IMG/VR virus record: IMGVR_UViG_3300031578_000009
Location: 31,690 to 95,689 of that record
Reading direction: 5' to 3' (one strand)
DNA from: a virus
Length of the DNA stretch: 64,000 nt
Positions within the stretch are counted from its first letter, which is position 1. The number at the start of each line of letters is the position of its first letter. The position numbers and the translations under genes are program-made. The notes under the pieces are model-generated. The model searched no databases. It was not told where the DNA came from and worked only from the letters and a program-made list of their open reading frames with translations. Of this stretch, positions 12,301-21,265 are shown piece after piece.

Positions 12301-13071
12301 ATTTCTGAAGATAAACATGGAGTTAATCTGTTTGGATTAACTAAATATATTGATAGAATTAATGCAACTGTACATGGTGATTATAAGTCTCCAATGATGG
12401 CAAAAAAGAATGCTGCTTTAAGAATGTTAATGTTATTTAAGACATGGTTACCTAAAGCTATTGATCATAGATTTGGAACACAAAGATTAGATAAAGATTT
12501 AATCAATAAAGAAGGATTTTTTGGTAGAGACGTAAAAGGTAGATATTTATCGTTTTGGAATTCTACTACTATGGATGCACAGGAAGTTCTATTTAAAGAT
12601 ACATTAGGAATGATTTTAAAGAGCTTTGTTTCTAAAAAGGCATTTGATAAACTCTCTGATATAGATCGTGTAAATATGATGCGTAATATGCGTGAAATTA
12701 AACATTTGATCGCTATCTATGGTGGATTATTAATGATGAGAGGTTTGCTAATGGATGATGATGATGATAATAAGCCTATATTAAATATTACGCTCAATAT
12801 GCTATCTAAAACTGGTCAAGATATGAGCTTCTTTTTGTCTCCAAACTCAATGAGTCAAATGGTAGATAATATTATCCCAGTATATTCTACAGTTAGAGAT
12901 GGCCAAAGAGCAATAAATAATGCATTTGGATTATTAACTGGAGATGTATTTTATCAAAATGGTCCTTGGAAAGATTCTCCAAAATTAGCAGTTAATACAT
13001 TTAGAATGATACCAGGTTCTTCAGGAGCAATTAAGATGTGGAATATGGGTAATAAGTTTTATCAATATTAA
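9322..13071 (+). CDS. Large virion-associated/ejected cargo protein
   Basis: 1249 aa, largely helical, last gene of the vRNAP block as in other crAss-like phages. No catalytic motif recognised. Confidence 0.6.
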   Translation: MSIICPHKGLKKWSDLVALHGEAKSYFLWNEFEGKVPKEFYSENSNVQVSDKDLEPYYKYSPQEPKVPLIQKVPKVNFNSKFAAGTKLVERQAGEINAKYDEMLPPNSIKRQVANKFFRYAKYDKDGNNSPVYYPFKVSDSWEKNKQYKDAINKLYSEDVVGVDNDGSIVFRPNIENAIYTGGDFGYAVEPVDTDVGTIESPDTKAIDTAIERLNERLALLTRRASKTGGSSQMRANIADLKSQIKKLEENKTTLASNNILERFAKNDAVQIQDNLDNIRENVDTILKADLREEKTKQQMLALMDSLMLNSITIQGWIDIQDFVEHSDPELINELEKISGHYSRLNREWNDLAKTLFTEYANRYSYRDNFSKDELFDAVKDTSIYKSNVLGLSESHIELLKVVDDIIRKSASDINEESFDKKSEVREWNKKLKEDGFSESEVNDIFKQKHNGDWTGNIIGDIDHSYYVKKQELFDEANRTGKYARVNKWLKDNSKSLNLKQLRDIKEGNFESSKNIGYSQEELDIQKELLEKYQEDHDTYQEITEMKYGNSEFAQRELEEWELAHSPFLYAQGEKNSGYKYLIKEKPSINKWGDRRFDKIKNNPTLFGFYNFMKQRFNENNKALGYFNAFEEFYMPEKESNFAKQLMQNKGLLKKVGFLGNSIKNSISQSASETFPAIHIKGKPVKSVPIRMMQNRIPPQIKEDHLLNIINLHTENSLAHKYKTEIEPMCNAATELLNTIKELKPGDKEIENQLANAKKQLEYAKDAGLYDERKSRIEGKTGVKFYTDEEKQKLAELKQQRSNKKITEETFNQEKDKLGKMITGNKLVDSLINYTYIKAMSFPNVITPGVNVLFGINSNLIYASAGVDVDLKTMNKAMIQMMSATARSFGAKNNPELVEKVYAFMEKLHLLGTIHDNEYGSRKSFSEKLTILQEKAEHFNQGSLMLAILQYQKLLDKNGKEVSIFDAYKVQDEKLVWNEELMGKQTNTPNSRVISEDKHGVNLFGLTKYIDRINATVHGDYKSPMMAKKNAALRMLMLFKTWLPKAIDHRFGTQRLDKDLINKEGFFGRDVKGRYLSFWNSTTMDAQEVLFKDTLGMILKSFVSKKAFDKLSDIDRVNMMRNMREIKHLIAIYGGLLMMRGLLMDDDDDNKPILNITLNMLSKTGQDMSFFLSPNSMSQMVDNIIPVYSTVRDGQRAINNAFGLLTGDVFYQNGPWKDSPKLAVNTFRMIPGSSGAIKMWNMGNKFYQY

Positions 13072-13103
13072 TGCCTAACTAGAAAAATTTTTATTGGCAA
13101 TAT

Positions 13104-13135
13104 AAAAGAGGAGAATTAATTCTCCTCTTTTTTTT
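13104..13135. terminator. Bidirectional intrinsic terminator at the convergence of + and - blocks
   Basis: Perfect palindrome aaaagaggagaat-ta-attctcctctttt with T/A tails on both sides, between convergent genes. Confidence 0.85.
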
Positions 13136-13137
13136 GT

Positions 13138-14259
13138 TTAATCAAATTTTAATAGAAAATCTGGATTGATAGCTTTAAATGATGAAATCTTTTTTCCATC
13201 TTCTATACATCTAAAAACTATTCCTTCTCTCGGAATATTTGCTAATGTAGATTTTCCTTTAGTAAGATTAATAATTTTATCAACAGTATCTCCAAGATAT
13301 TCTAATCTATCCATGCCTAAAAATGGAACAATATTTAAATTATATTTTTTACAAAACATATTCATTTCATGATAATCATAATGATATCCCTTTTCATGAT
13401 CTATAATATTAAATACCCACATAGTAGGTTCTGTAACACCATATTTATTTCCTTGAACTTTAGTATCACCTTGTTCTCCTTGAATTGTTAAGGTAGGATT
13501 TTCTTTAAGTATTTGTTCTAAATTGTATTTCTTGGCAATTTTCCAATACAGAGAATTTTTATCATTTGTAGTTAAATTTCTACTACATACAACAAATTGA
13601 TATTTCTTAAATGGTAATTTACTTAGTATTCCATTAAATCTTGGAACCATTTTACCTGTCCATGTACCTGATTGATAGTCTATTTTTTCAGTTATATAGA
13701 ATATTTTATCTTTATATTGTTTTAATACTTGTGGAATATTTTGTATTCTTTCTTCATCTGTTTTAGAAACCCAATAAGGAAATCCAGATTTACCTTTCTT
13801 GCTTAAAAACAATCTTCTAAAGAGACTATATCTCAATAAGAATTTCTTTAACTTGGACTTCTCTAACTTAATTTTATTTTCTAATTGTTCAATTTCAGTT
13901 CTTTCAGAAGGAGATAGGTATTTAGTTATCCCCATCCACTCAGTTACGTCTTGATGTTCCCCAAATTTACCAGAATCTACTGAAAGGTAAGAGGTAGGTA
14001 GCACAAGACCCATTGAAATTTGCCCACGAAGTTTAATGGTTCTTATTCTAAATTTTCTTTCTCTAAGGAATTCAAATTCAGGTTTTTCTGGCATTACGGA
14101 ATCAACTTCGCAATAAACTACCTTATCTCCAACTTTAAAATTATCTTTTTTAGCAATTACACATTGCCAACCAAGTATTCCACATAATTCAATTTTATCT
14201 GCACCATCAATAGGCTTTATCCACTCTATTTTTTCTATATGAGCAAGTTTCCTGTCCAT
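13138..14259 (-). CDS. RNA ligase, DRB0094/Rnl2-like, with N-terminal OB (tRNA-binding-like) domain
   Basis: N-terminal RKLAHIEKI..PIDGADKIE. Motifs KTDEERIQN, TEKID (motif I), IQGE, REGIV and SFKAIN. Confidence 0.85.
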   Translation of the reverse strand: MDRKLAHIEKIEWIKPIDGADKIELCGILGWQCVIAKKDNFKVGDKVVYCEVDSVMPEKPEFEFLRERKFRIRTIKLRGQISMGLVLPTSYLSVDSGKFGEHQDVTEWMGITKYLSPSERTEIEQLENKIKLEKSKLKKFLLRYSLFRRLFLSKKGKSGFPYWVSKTDEERIQNIPQVLKQYKDKIFYITEKIDYQSGTWTGKMVPRFNGILSKLPFKKYQFVVCSRNLTTNDKNSLYWKIAKKYNLEQILKENPTLTIQGEQGDTKVQGNKYGVTEPTMWVFNIIDHEKGYHYDYHEMNMFCKKYNLNIVPFLGMDRLEYLGDTVDKIINLTKGKSTLANIPREGIVFRCIEDGKKISSFKAINPDFLLKFD

Positions 14260-14263
14260 TTAT

Positions 14264-14488
14264 TTACAATTTATAATTTTTATTAATGTATCCATAATAT
14301 GTTAAGTATCCAATTAACCAATAAATATTGTAATCATCACTAGAAATAAAATCTCCATCATTAGTAACAATATCATAACAATATCCGGTTAATGTAATAT
14401 TACAATGTTTGTTTATAAATGTATTTGAATCATGTGGATCTTTCTTAAATCCATTATTAATTAGAAAATTAACTACCGTTTCCATCAC
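14264..14488 (-). CDS. Hypothetical protein
   Basis: ORF tightly packed in the - strand operon. Confidence 0.6.
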   Translation of the reverse strand: MMETVVNFLINNGFKKDPHDSNTFINKHCNITLTGYCYDIVTNDGDFISSDDYNIYWLIGYLTYYGYINKNYKL

Positions 14489-14717
14489 TTAATTCTTCTA
14501 ATATAATAAATTCATCTAACCATTTATAAAATTCACCAGCCTTAACATCTACCCAATCTATAACTTCCATTAAATCTCCAGAAATTAAATCAATACTTTC
14601 TATCTTAACTACTGGTTCATTATCTGGTAAATCATAATTATTTGATGATGATTGTGGAGTATAAATATATGTAACTCCAATTACACTTTCTCCTAGATTT
14701 ATATTTCTGTATTTCAT
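14469..14717 (-). CDS. Hypothetical protein
   Basis: ORF tightly packed in the - strand operon. Confidence 0.6.
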   Translation of the reverse strand: MKYRNINLGESVIGVTYIYTPQSSSNNYDLPDNEPVVKIESIDLISGDLMEVIDWVDVKAGEFYKWLDEFIILEELSDGNGS

Positions 14718-14721
14718 AACA

Positions 14722-14973
14722 TTAATTATTAATTAATACACTTTTATTTGTAACCCATCCGCCAATAGCATTTGATGTGTCTCCGTCACCTATATGTTTT
14801 TCATATTCAAAGAAAGTATGTGTTTCATTTTCCCAATAAATACACTTGCATATAGGGCAAATTTCAACGTCAATTACTTCAAGTGGACTATCTATATCAA
14901 ACTGATATTGATAGTCCTTATTTGGCTCTAATATAACTTCATTTTGACAATTTTTACATTTCACTAGACTCAT
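14722..14973 (-). CDS. Zn-ribbon protein
   Basis: CKNC...CPIC motif. Confidence 0.6.
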   Translation of the reverse strand: MSLVKCKNCQNEVILEPNKDYQYQFDIDSPLEVIDVEICPICKCIYWENETHTFFEYEKHIGDGDTSNAIGGWVTNKSVLINN

Positions 14974-15297
14974 TTATTGTTCTAATTTAAATCTATCATC
15001 TAATTCTGGTCTTGTTTCTAACACAAATGCTGCTACCAACAAATTCCATGCAGCATGATATAAATGATTTATTTTACTTTCATCATCAAAATCAGATAAT
15101 CTTGGATCTTCAAATGCATCCATATGTCTATCATGTGAATCTAAATACTGGGTAATTGGTGCGCCTTTTAAAAAATTGTATGTTGCATATTTACCTTCTC
15201 CATAATGTGCAACTTTAGCAATCCCTCTAAATAAAAATTTAGGAAAATTATGCCATCTCAACTTACCTTCATTAAATCTTTCTGCTAATTCACTCAT
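14974..15297 (-). CDS. dATP/dGTP diphosphohydrolase-like (DUF5664) protein
   Basis: RFNEGKLRW, YGEGKY..NF.KG, D.ESK.NHL.HAAWN pattern. Confidence 0.8.
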   Translation of the reverse strand: MSELAERFNEGKLRWHNFPKFLFRGIAKVAHYGEGKYATYNFLKGAPITQYLDSHDRHMDAFEDPRLSDFDDESKINHLYHAAWNLLVAAFVLETRPELDDRFKLEQ

Positions 15298-15652
15298 AAT
15301 ATTTTAAATCATAATATTTTAAATACTTAACTGGTATATTATTTTCTTCTGCAATCCTTAATTCAGATTGACAACCTTTACTATTTTTAATTAGTTCCAT
15401 GCCACTTTCTCCAATAATTACTACAATAACCTCGTTACATCTTTTAAGTAATTCAGAATCTTGTTTCATCCAAAAATCATGATCTGTTTGTAATCTATCA
15501 TGCATATATTCAGATATTGGATGAGAATGACTTATTGGACTAAATACGATGTTTCCTTTTAACATTAATTCAGAAGCAACTCTATTAGCTATTTTAAATG
15601 AACGTTCTGGATGCCAACTATAAGGAATACATAAGTATATGATTTTACTCAT
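15290..15652 (-). CDS. DUF1937 / nucleoside-deoxyribosyltransferase-like protein
   Basis: IYLCIPYS, VFSPISHSHP, W..QD, SKGCQSE..A pattern. Confidence 0.75.
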   Translation of the reverse strand: MSKIIYLCIPYSWHPERSFKIANRVASELMLKGNIVFSPISHSHPISEYMHDRLQTDHDFWMKQDSELLKRCNEVIVVIIGESGMELIKNSKGCQSELRIAEENNIPVKYLKYYDLKYYE

Positions 15653-15718
15653 TATTTATTTGTTTTAAATAGTCTTCAAATGACTTAAATTTATATTCAG
15701 TTATTTATTACTTTTTTT

Positions 15719-16057
15719 TCATAACATTTTAATTATTAATAATTTATCTTCTTCACTTGTATCAATATCTTCTGATTGTAGTAGAGATATAAAAGATTCT
15801 TTTGTACTTCTAAAGGATAAATTATTGTTATTATAATTCTTAAAAACACATCTTAAATGTTCTCCTTTATTGTTAAAATCATTTCCAACTAATTCAATAA
15901 ATTCTACTAAATCTTCATCTGTTAATTCAGAGAGTTTTCCTAAGATTTTATAATCTTTGTCTTTATATCCAAATAATATTAATGCTCTTTTAGTAAAAGG
16001 TCCTGGATTTTCTATTATAATTAAATCATTAGATTGTGTTTTTATTTTAGTTGTCAT
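15719..16057 (-). CDS. Hypothetical protein
   Basis: ORF in the operon. Confidence 0.6.
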   Translation of the reverse strand: MTTKIKTQSNDLIIIENPGPFTKRALILFGYKDKDYKILGKLSELTDEDLVEFIELVGNDFNNKGEHLRCVFKNYNNNNLSFRSTKESFISLLQSEDIDTSEEDKLLIIKML

Positions 16058-16084
16058 AATATATTTTCAATATATAACATTGTT

Positions 16085-16570
16085 TCAGTTTTTTTCATAT
16101 ATCTGTATTATTATTTCTCTATTATCAAATTCTTCTATCGCTTCAAACTCATATTCAATATTATTTATATATTGAACTGAATCATCGGGAATAATTTTAG
16201 CTTTTACCAAACAATCCAATGAACCTTTAACCCATAATTGTAACATATTGTCAAGATCATAATTGGGAACATAGTTATCATCTGGATATTTCCAAATAAT
16301 AACTTCATTCCTACGCTGAATAGAGCCATGATTAATTACAGTCTTTATAATGAATTTAACTTTAATTGGAAAATTATATATTTTTAATCTCTTAGGAATT
16401 TTATTCATCACATATTTATGAATGTTGTCCATTAAAGTATTTCTTGCAAATCTATTTACATTTGAATTATATAATAGTTGTCCATTTAGTTTAACATACT
16501 TAGGCTTGGCTTTCTTAGGATTTGTTATTGGTAAGTGAGTTGGAAATTTTGTTAGTTTTATTTCTATCAT
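16085..16570 (-). CDS. RusA-like Holliday junction resolvase
   Basis: DLDN...LD.L....IPDDS acidic motif set. Confidence 0.7.
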   Translation of the reverse strand: MIEIKLTKFPTHLPITNPKKAKPKYVKLNGQLLYNSNVNRFARNTLMDNIHKYVMNKIPKRLKIYNFPIKVKFIIKTVINHGSIQRRNEVIIWKYPDDNYVPNYDLDNMLQLWVKGSLDCLVKAKIIPDDSVQYINNIEYEFEAIEEFDNREIIIQIYEKN

Positions 16571-17382
16571 TATACATATTCTAATTCCTTAACTATATCA
16601 AATGCTTTATCATTAAATCTTGCTTGATTACCAACGACAGCTCCAAATATATTCTTTGATTTATCTTTATTCAATAGATGCGTTGAGTAATAAGTCATTC
16701 CTTGCATAATTGACCATAAATTGTTTCCAAAATCATTAGTTGATTTTTGAATAGCATGTGTTAATATTTCAGCTTTATTAATCTTTCTTGTAGAGTTTTC
16801 TTCTATATCATCCCAATCAACCATTTTTTTAACAGCTATTTCTGCTGTATCTTTTGTTATTGAAATATCATTCCATAAATTAAATTGTCTAATTAAAGCA
16901 TCTTTTTCTCTAAAATAGTCTTCAATAGAAGTTACTAATTCTTCTAATTTAAACTGAGAAGATGTTGTATGTTTAAATTTAGTTCTCATTAACTTGCTAA
17001 ATTGATTTTGACAAAACAATACAGTTGTTGAATTTGATAGAAATATTTGACTACTACCATCAAATGAATTACCAAGTATCAAATATGTATCTAAATCAAA
17101 ATCACCAACCTTATTATATCCAGTATTGTTCTTTAAATAAGATAATACTATTTTACCACCTTTAAATTGTTGATATCCATGGGTATCAAATCCAGATATT
17201 TCTCCCAATCTATTAGTAATATTATGAAAATCTCTCATATAAAAAGGTTTATAGCTATTTTTCATGATACTTAATAATGAACCATCATTCTTCACTATAG
17301 CCTTATGTTCTAAACTTCGAGTATATAAATCACTAACAAAAACAGGCTGTTCTGTTATTTCAAAATCTAATTTTTCTTCCAT
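16570..17382 (-). CDS. DUF932 family protein
   Basis: L.NSFDGS, V.C.NQ, KHT and NLW..MQG.T.Y.TH motifs. Confidence 0.75.
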   Translation of the reverse strand: MEEKLDFEITEQPVFVSDLYTRSLEHKAIVKNDGSLLSIMKNSYKPFYMRDFHNITNRLGEISGFDTHGYQQFKGGKIVLSYLKNNTGYNKVGDFDLDTYLILGNSFDGSSQIFLSNSTTVLFCQNQFSKLMRTKFKHTTSSQFKLEELVTSIEDYFREKDALIRQFNLWNDISITKDTAEIAVKKMVDWDDIEENSTRKINKAEILTHAIQKSTNDFGNNLWSIMQGMTYYSTHLLNKDKSKNIFGAVVGNQARFNDKAFDIVKELEYV

Positions 17383-18020
17383 TATTTATTGTTTTTAAGT
17401 TTCCAATTGTTAAACATGTCAATATAAGATTCCCTAAAAGAATGTTTAGCATCTATTGCAAAATCTATCATTTGCATTTGAGAATACATAGGCTTGTTTA
17501 TTTCAATATATTTTTCAGCAGCTTTTTTAGTTGAGAATTGTACATAACCTAATGGTGGTTTATTTGGATTTCTCCAATCACATTGGTGTGATAGCGCAGT
17601 CCAACCTTTAAGATAAGGCGAATCGCTTTCTACTACATAATAGTAAACATCTCCTTTATAAATACCTACTCCATCTTTAGTTGCAAATAATGGAGTTTTT
17701 GCATGTTTAACATCTTCCATAATATTAATATGTTTAGATTGAGCTATTTGTTCATCGGTATAAGAAGTTAATTCTGAAGGTCTATGCCATCCATCTTCTT
17801 TCTTAGTATAAGTAGTTTTAGTCTGACTATTAAATACTTTAGTTCCAATTGGATATTCAATTATTTCTTCCCAAAATTCTGGATAAAATTCTACTTTTGT
17901 ATGTGGAATTGGCTGATGATATGGATCATCTGGTATATAATCACCATGATTATTTCTATATGTTGCAATTGTTCCAATTTTTGGAGAACCTGGATATTCA
18001 CGTATGAGTTTAAATTTCAT
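17382..18020 (-). CDS. Hypothetical modular phage protein
   Basis: KLIREYPGSP..G, YPEFWEE, PLF.T.DGV.IY.GD and FSTKKAAE segments. Confidence 0.65.
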   Translation of the reverse strand: MKFKLIREYPGSPKIGTIATYRNNHGDYIPDDPYHQPIPHTKVEFYPEFWEEIIEYPIGTKVFNSQTKTTYTKKEDGWHRPSELTSYTDEQIAQSKHINIMEDVKHAKTPLFATKDGVGIYKGDVYYYVVESDSPYLKGWTALSHQCDWRNPNKPPLGYVQFSTKKAAEKYIEINKPMYSQMQMIDFAIDAKHSFRESYIDMFNNWKLKNNK

Positions 18021-18700
18021 TTATTTCTATTTTTAAGTTGCCATTCTTCATTTAATTCATCAACTATCTCAAGTGAATCAATTAATCTATCATATTCTTT
18101 ATCTATATCTACATAAAGTATATTCTTCATATAAGTAACCGAAATACTTTCTTTAGAATAGTCTTTAGTAGGTAATTTGTAGTTTAGTTGAAATAAATAT
18201 ATACTATTAGTGAATACTTGAGATATATGAGTTAAATAAGCGTTTCCAGTAAGATAGATGTAATTATTATTTCCTAATTTTGATAAATGTAATTTGCAAT
18301 AATTGTTGCCTTTTTTAGAAATTCTATACTCTATTCCAGTAATTCTATCCATCACAACAATGTTTTCTGTATTCTCTGTTAATTCTAATAAATCAGTAAC
18401 TTGATGAGTGCAGAATATTTCATTACAAATATCATACTCCCATAATGGATCATATGTAATTGGAATACCAAGTAATTCAGTTTCCTTATTAACCCAATAC
18501 ATTATATCAACATCATATTCATATAAGTCAATAGTTGGATAAGTAACTGCTTTATCCATTCCCATATCAAATAAAGTTAATTGTCCATCATTGTAAGAGT
18601 GCTTTTGACTACTCTTATTTACTGCAATTATCTTATCCAAACTATTGACTAATGATTGTCTTCTTCTAAATATTTCTATTGCCTCTTTTTTGCTATACAT
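18017..18700 (-). CDS. Stand-alone DNA polymerase III alpha (DnaE) C-terminal-like protein with beta-clamp motif and OB fold
   Basis: QLTLF followed by KETELLGIPITYDPL (cf. EKE.LG.Y.S.HPL) and an OB-like segment (ITGIEYRISKKGNNYCKLHL). No PHP or polymerase core. Confidence 0.65.
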   Translation of the reverse strand: MYSKKEAIEIFRRRQSLVNSLDKIIAVNKSSQKHSYNDGQLTLFDMGMDKAVTYPTIDLYEYDVDIMYWVNKETELLGIPITYDPLWEYDICNEIFCTHQVTDLLELTENTENIVVMDRITGIEYRISKKGNNYCKLHLSKLGNNNYIYLTGNAYLTHISQVFTNSIYLFQLNYKLPTKDYSKESISVTYMKNILYVDIDKEYDRLIDSLEIVDELNEEWQLKNRNK

Positions 18701-18924
18701 TATAATTTAGGATGCGGTGTATTTATAATTGAATTTTTATCAACTATTACATTATTTGCTACTGAAGTAGTATCTGCAAATGATGCACATAGTTCTCTCT
18801 GTTCTAAGCATTTTTGTTTAGCATAAAAATAACACACGCTAACTATTTCATCCAATGAATTAAATACATTACCAGATTCATCATGTAATATTCTTTCTCT
18901 TAAATATTTCTCAGTCTCAGTCAT
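18700..18924 (-). CDS. Hypothetical protein
   Basis: ORF in the operon. Confidence 0.6.
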   Translation of the reverse strand: MTETEKYLRERILHDESGNVFNSLDEIVSVCYFYAKQKCLEQRELCASFADTTSVANNVIVDKNSIINTPHPKL

Positions 18925-19414
18925 TATATTTCATGTTTTTTACAAAATTATTAAATAATATCTTATTGTGTATGTCTGGTAAGGATTTTTTTATCTGTTT
19001 TAAAGCATCATCATTTTGAATATCAAAAGATTCATTTTTTATATCAAATTTAATTGCCCTTCTGCATTTTGATAATAGATGTTGATATCTTTTATTGAAT
19101 TTTTTATCTGTATCAATATAATTATTAATTCTCTTAAGACTATTATATACACAAGTTCTCTCCTTATATTCAAAATATTCTGATAATACTGTTGGATTAC
19201 AATTAACTAATTCCATTGATATAGATTGTGCAATTTGTTTAGGAAGCATAATATTTACATCTCTTGTTTTTATAACAAAATCTTTTGGCTTTAAATCATA
19301 ATCTTTACTTACAATATCACTAATAATTCCTAACTTCTTTTTACTTACTACTTTATTATATTTCTTAAATGTCCTTGGTTTATAATTAATATCATCTTTA
19401 TCAATACTGTCCAT
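18917..19414 (-). CDS. DnaA domain IV (C-terminal HTH)-like protein
   Basis: I...VS..Y.L...DF..KTR...I..PKQIA...F..KERT.VY.SLKRI aligns by eye with the DnaA DNA-binding domain. Confidence 0.7.
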   Translation of the reverse strand: MDSIDKDDINYKPRTFKKYNKVVSKKKLGIISDIVSKDYDLKPKDFVIKTRDVNIMLPKQIAQSISMELVNCNPTVLSEYFEYKERTCVYNSLKRINNYIDTDKKFNKRYQHLLSKCRRAIKFDIKNESFDIQNDDALKQIKKSLPDIHNKILFNNFVKNMKYND

Positions 19415-19595
19415 GTAATAAATTGTTTAATTCATGTATTAATAATGCTATTTCTGATTTTTCAACAAGTATTATGTCACCCATACTACTATGTTGTTTT
19501 TTGTCTTTGTCTTTAAAGTAGAATGGAGATATTGTAAAAACATCTCCAATTCTACTTAATTTTATCTTATGATTTTTAAAATTAAGTTCTGTCAT
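19401..19595 (-). CDS. Hypothetical protein
   Basis: ORF in the operon. Confidence 0.55.
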   Translation of the reverse strand: MTELNFKNHKIKLSRIGDVFTISPFYFKDKDKKQHSSMGDIILVEKSEIALLIHELNNLLHGQY

Positions 19596-19905
19596 CTTTT
19601 TGTTTTTTATTATCTATCTCAAAAGAAATTGCTGTAGCTCTATTTGCATCTTTTGTAGTATATGCCCATATGCCAAAGTCTCTTGATTTTGGATATGCTT
19701 CTTTGAATTCAGTTTCAGAATAAATTCTATTTTCAAAATCTAAGCATAATGGAACAACTTTAGTTTCAAACACTTCATACCATGAATCACCAAATTCATT
19801 AAATACTTTATAAATTTTTGAATATTCATTAGATTTTATTTGTATAAACTTAAACTCAGAAACTTCTCCAGTACCATTAAACTCTAATTCTAGTTTATTT
19901 ATCAT
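19582..19905 (-). CDS. Hypothetical protein (Bacteroidota phage family)
   Basis: GTGEV..F.F.Q, YEVFE and YP...DFG.WA motifs. Confidence 0.6.
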   Translation of the reverse strand: MINKLELEFNGTGEVSEFKFIQIKSNEYSKIYKVFNEFGDSWYEVFETKVVPLCLDFENRIYSETEFKEAYPKSRDFGIWAYTTKDANRATAISFEIDNKKQKDDRT

Positions 19906-20099
19906 TTTCTGTAAGTAATTTACACGTTATCATTTTACCACACTCTTTACATATAGTAACAGTATAATCATCTCCATTGGGATGAGTATCATACCTATTA
20001 CTAGTTATATGATTGTCTTGATTTAGACAACATATACTGTTACCATCTTCTGTTGGTTCTTTATTTTCTTCCATAAGATCCATTAAATAACTTAATACA

Positions 20100-20471
20100 C
20101 TAATCATTTTTATGTTTGTTGTACCATTTAATAAATTCAACTACTGCGCTCCAAGTTACTTCTATAAATTTTGTATTTATAAAAACTTCATTTTCAAATT
20201 GTCCAGAAGCATCTTTCCATTTATAATATTCATTACTTTGATATATTTTATTAATACAAGGTATTAACCAATCCCAAGATGAATGATATTTTAGTTCACT
20301 GAATTTCCAACAACTTCCATCATGGGGATTTTCTGGATAATCTTCTTCTTGAAAATTAATTTCTTCTTCAGATATATACCCTCGAATCCAAGGAGAACAT
20401 TTTTCCTTAGATTGTCCCCCCATAAATTCAGCAATTAGCTTATTTCCTTCTAATATTTCTTCTTGTGTCAT
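20100..20471 (-). CDS. Hypothetical phage protein
   Basis: NKLIAEFMG, YHSSWDWL.P and VVEFIKWYN motifs. Confidence 0.65.
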   Translation of the reverse strand: MTQEEILEGNKLIAEFMGGQSKEKCSPWIRGYISEEEINFQEEDYPENPHDGSCWKFSELKYHSSWDWLIPCINKIYQSNEYYKWKDASGQFENEVFINTKFIEVTWSAVVEFIKWYNKHKND

Positions 20472-21265
20472 AATATATCTTGTATTAAAATATCATTTTC
20501 ATCAAACTTACTATATAATTCTATTCTATCTGGATAATTCATATTAACATCTAATTCTTTCTCATAATGCTTAATTAATGATTCTTCTCTAATGAGAATC
20601 TTCTTTATTAAACCACCTTCTTGAGAATTATAATGGAATGTAATTATTCTTTCTTTAGCTTGTTTACTAATTAATGAATATTTACCATCTAATAATAATT
20701 TATAATCTTCTATGAAGTTATCTGGAATTATAAATTCATATAGTACATATCTATTATTGATATCTATTGTTCTTACAAAACATTCATGTTTGATTAAATA
20801 TTCCTCTTGAGCTTTAAATCTTGAAGACTTGGAAAATTTCAACAATATAAATATAGAATTTTCTGCTTTATGTTCTATAAAATTACAATCTAAATATCCA
20901 TTCATTAAATATCCAATATTTCCACTATTATATTCAATATAGGAAGCAAGCGTTTTATTTTTGAATATAAGTGGAATTATAAATAGTGAAGTTTTATTAT
21001 AAATAGATTCTAAAACATAAAATGTTTTTAAATCTTTTTTGCTTTCTATTATATGATTAGTTTTATACTGGATATCAAAGTTATTTACAGAACAATTATA
21101 CATATCTCCAAGCTGAAGAATAGAATCATTAAATTCTATTGAACTTATGATTCTATTGTCTTTGTTAATTATATAATTGCTATTTGGAAATGTAATCATC
21201 ATCTCACAAATATTTATTGGAGTAAAACTCACTCCATAGTTCTCTAACGCTTGCTTTTTATCCAT
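20468..21265 (-). CDS. Conserved crAss-like replication-module hypothetical protein
   Basis: 265 aa, GKYS.IS motif, coupled to the exonuclease gene. Confidence 0.55.
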   Translation of the reverse strand: MDKKQALENYGVSFTPINICEMMITFPNSNYIINKDNRIISSIEFNDSILQLGDMYNCSVNNFDIQYKTNHIIESKKDLKTFYVLESIYNKTSLFIIPLIFKNKTLASYIEYNSGNIGYLMNGYLDCNFIEHKAENSIFILLKFSKSSRFKAQEEYLIKHECFVRTIDINNRYVLYEFIIPDNFIEDYKLLLDGKYSLISKQAKERIITFHYNSQEGGLIKKILIREESLIKHYEKELDVNMNYPDRIELYSKFDENDILIQDIL

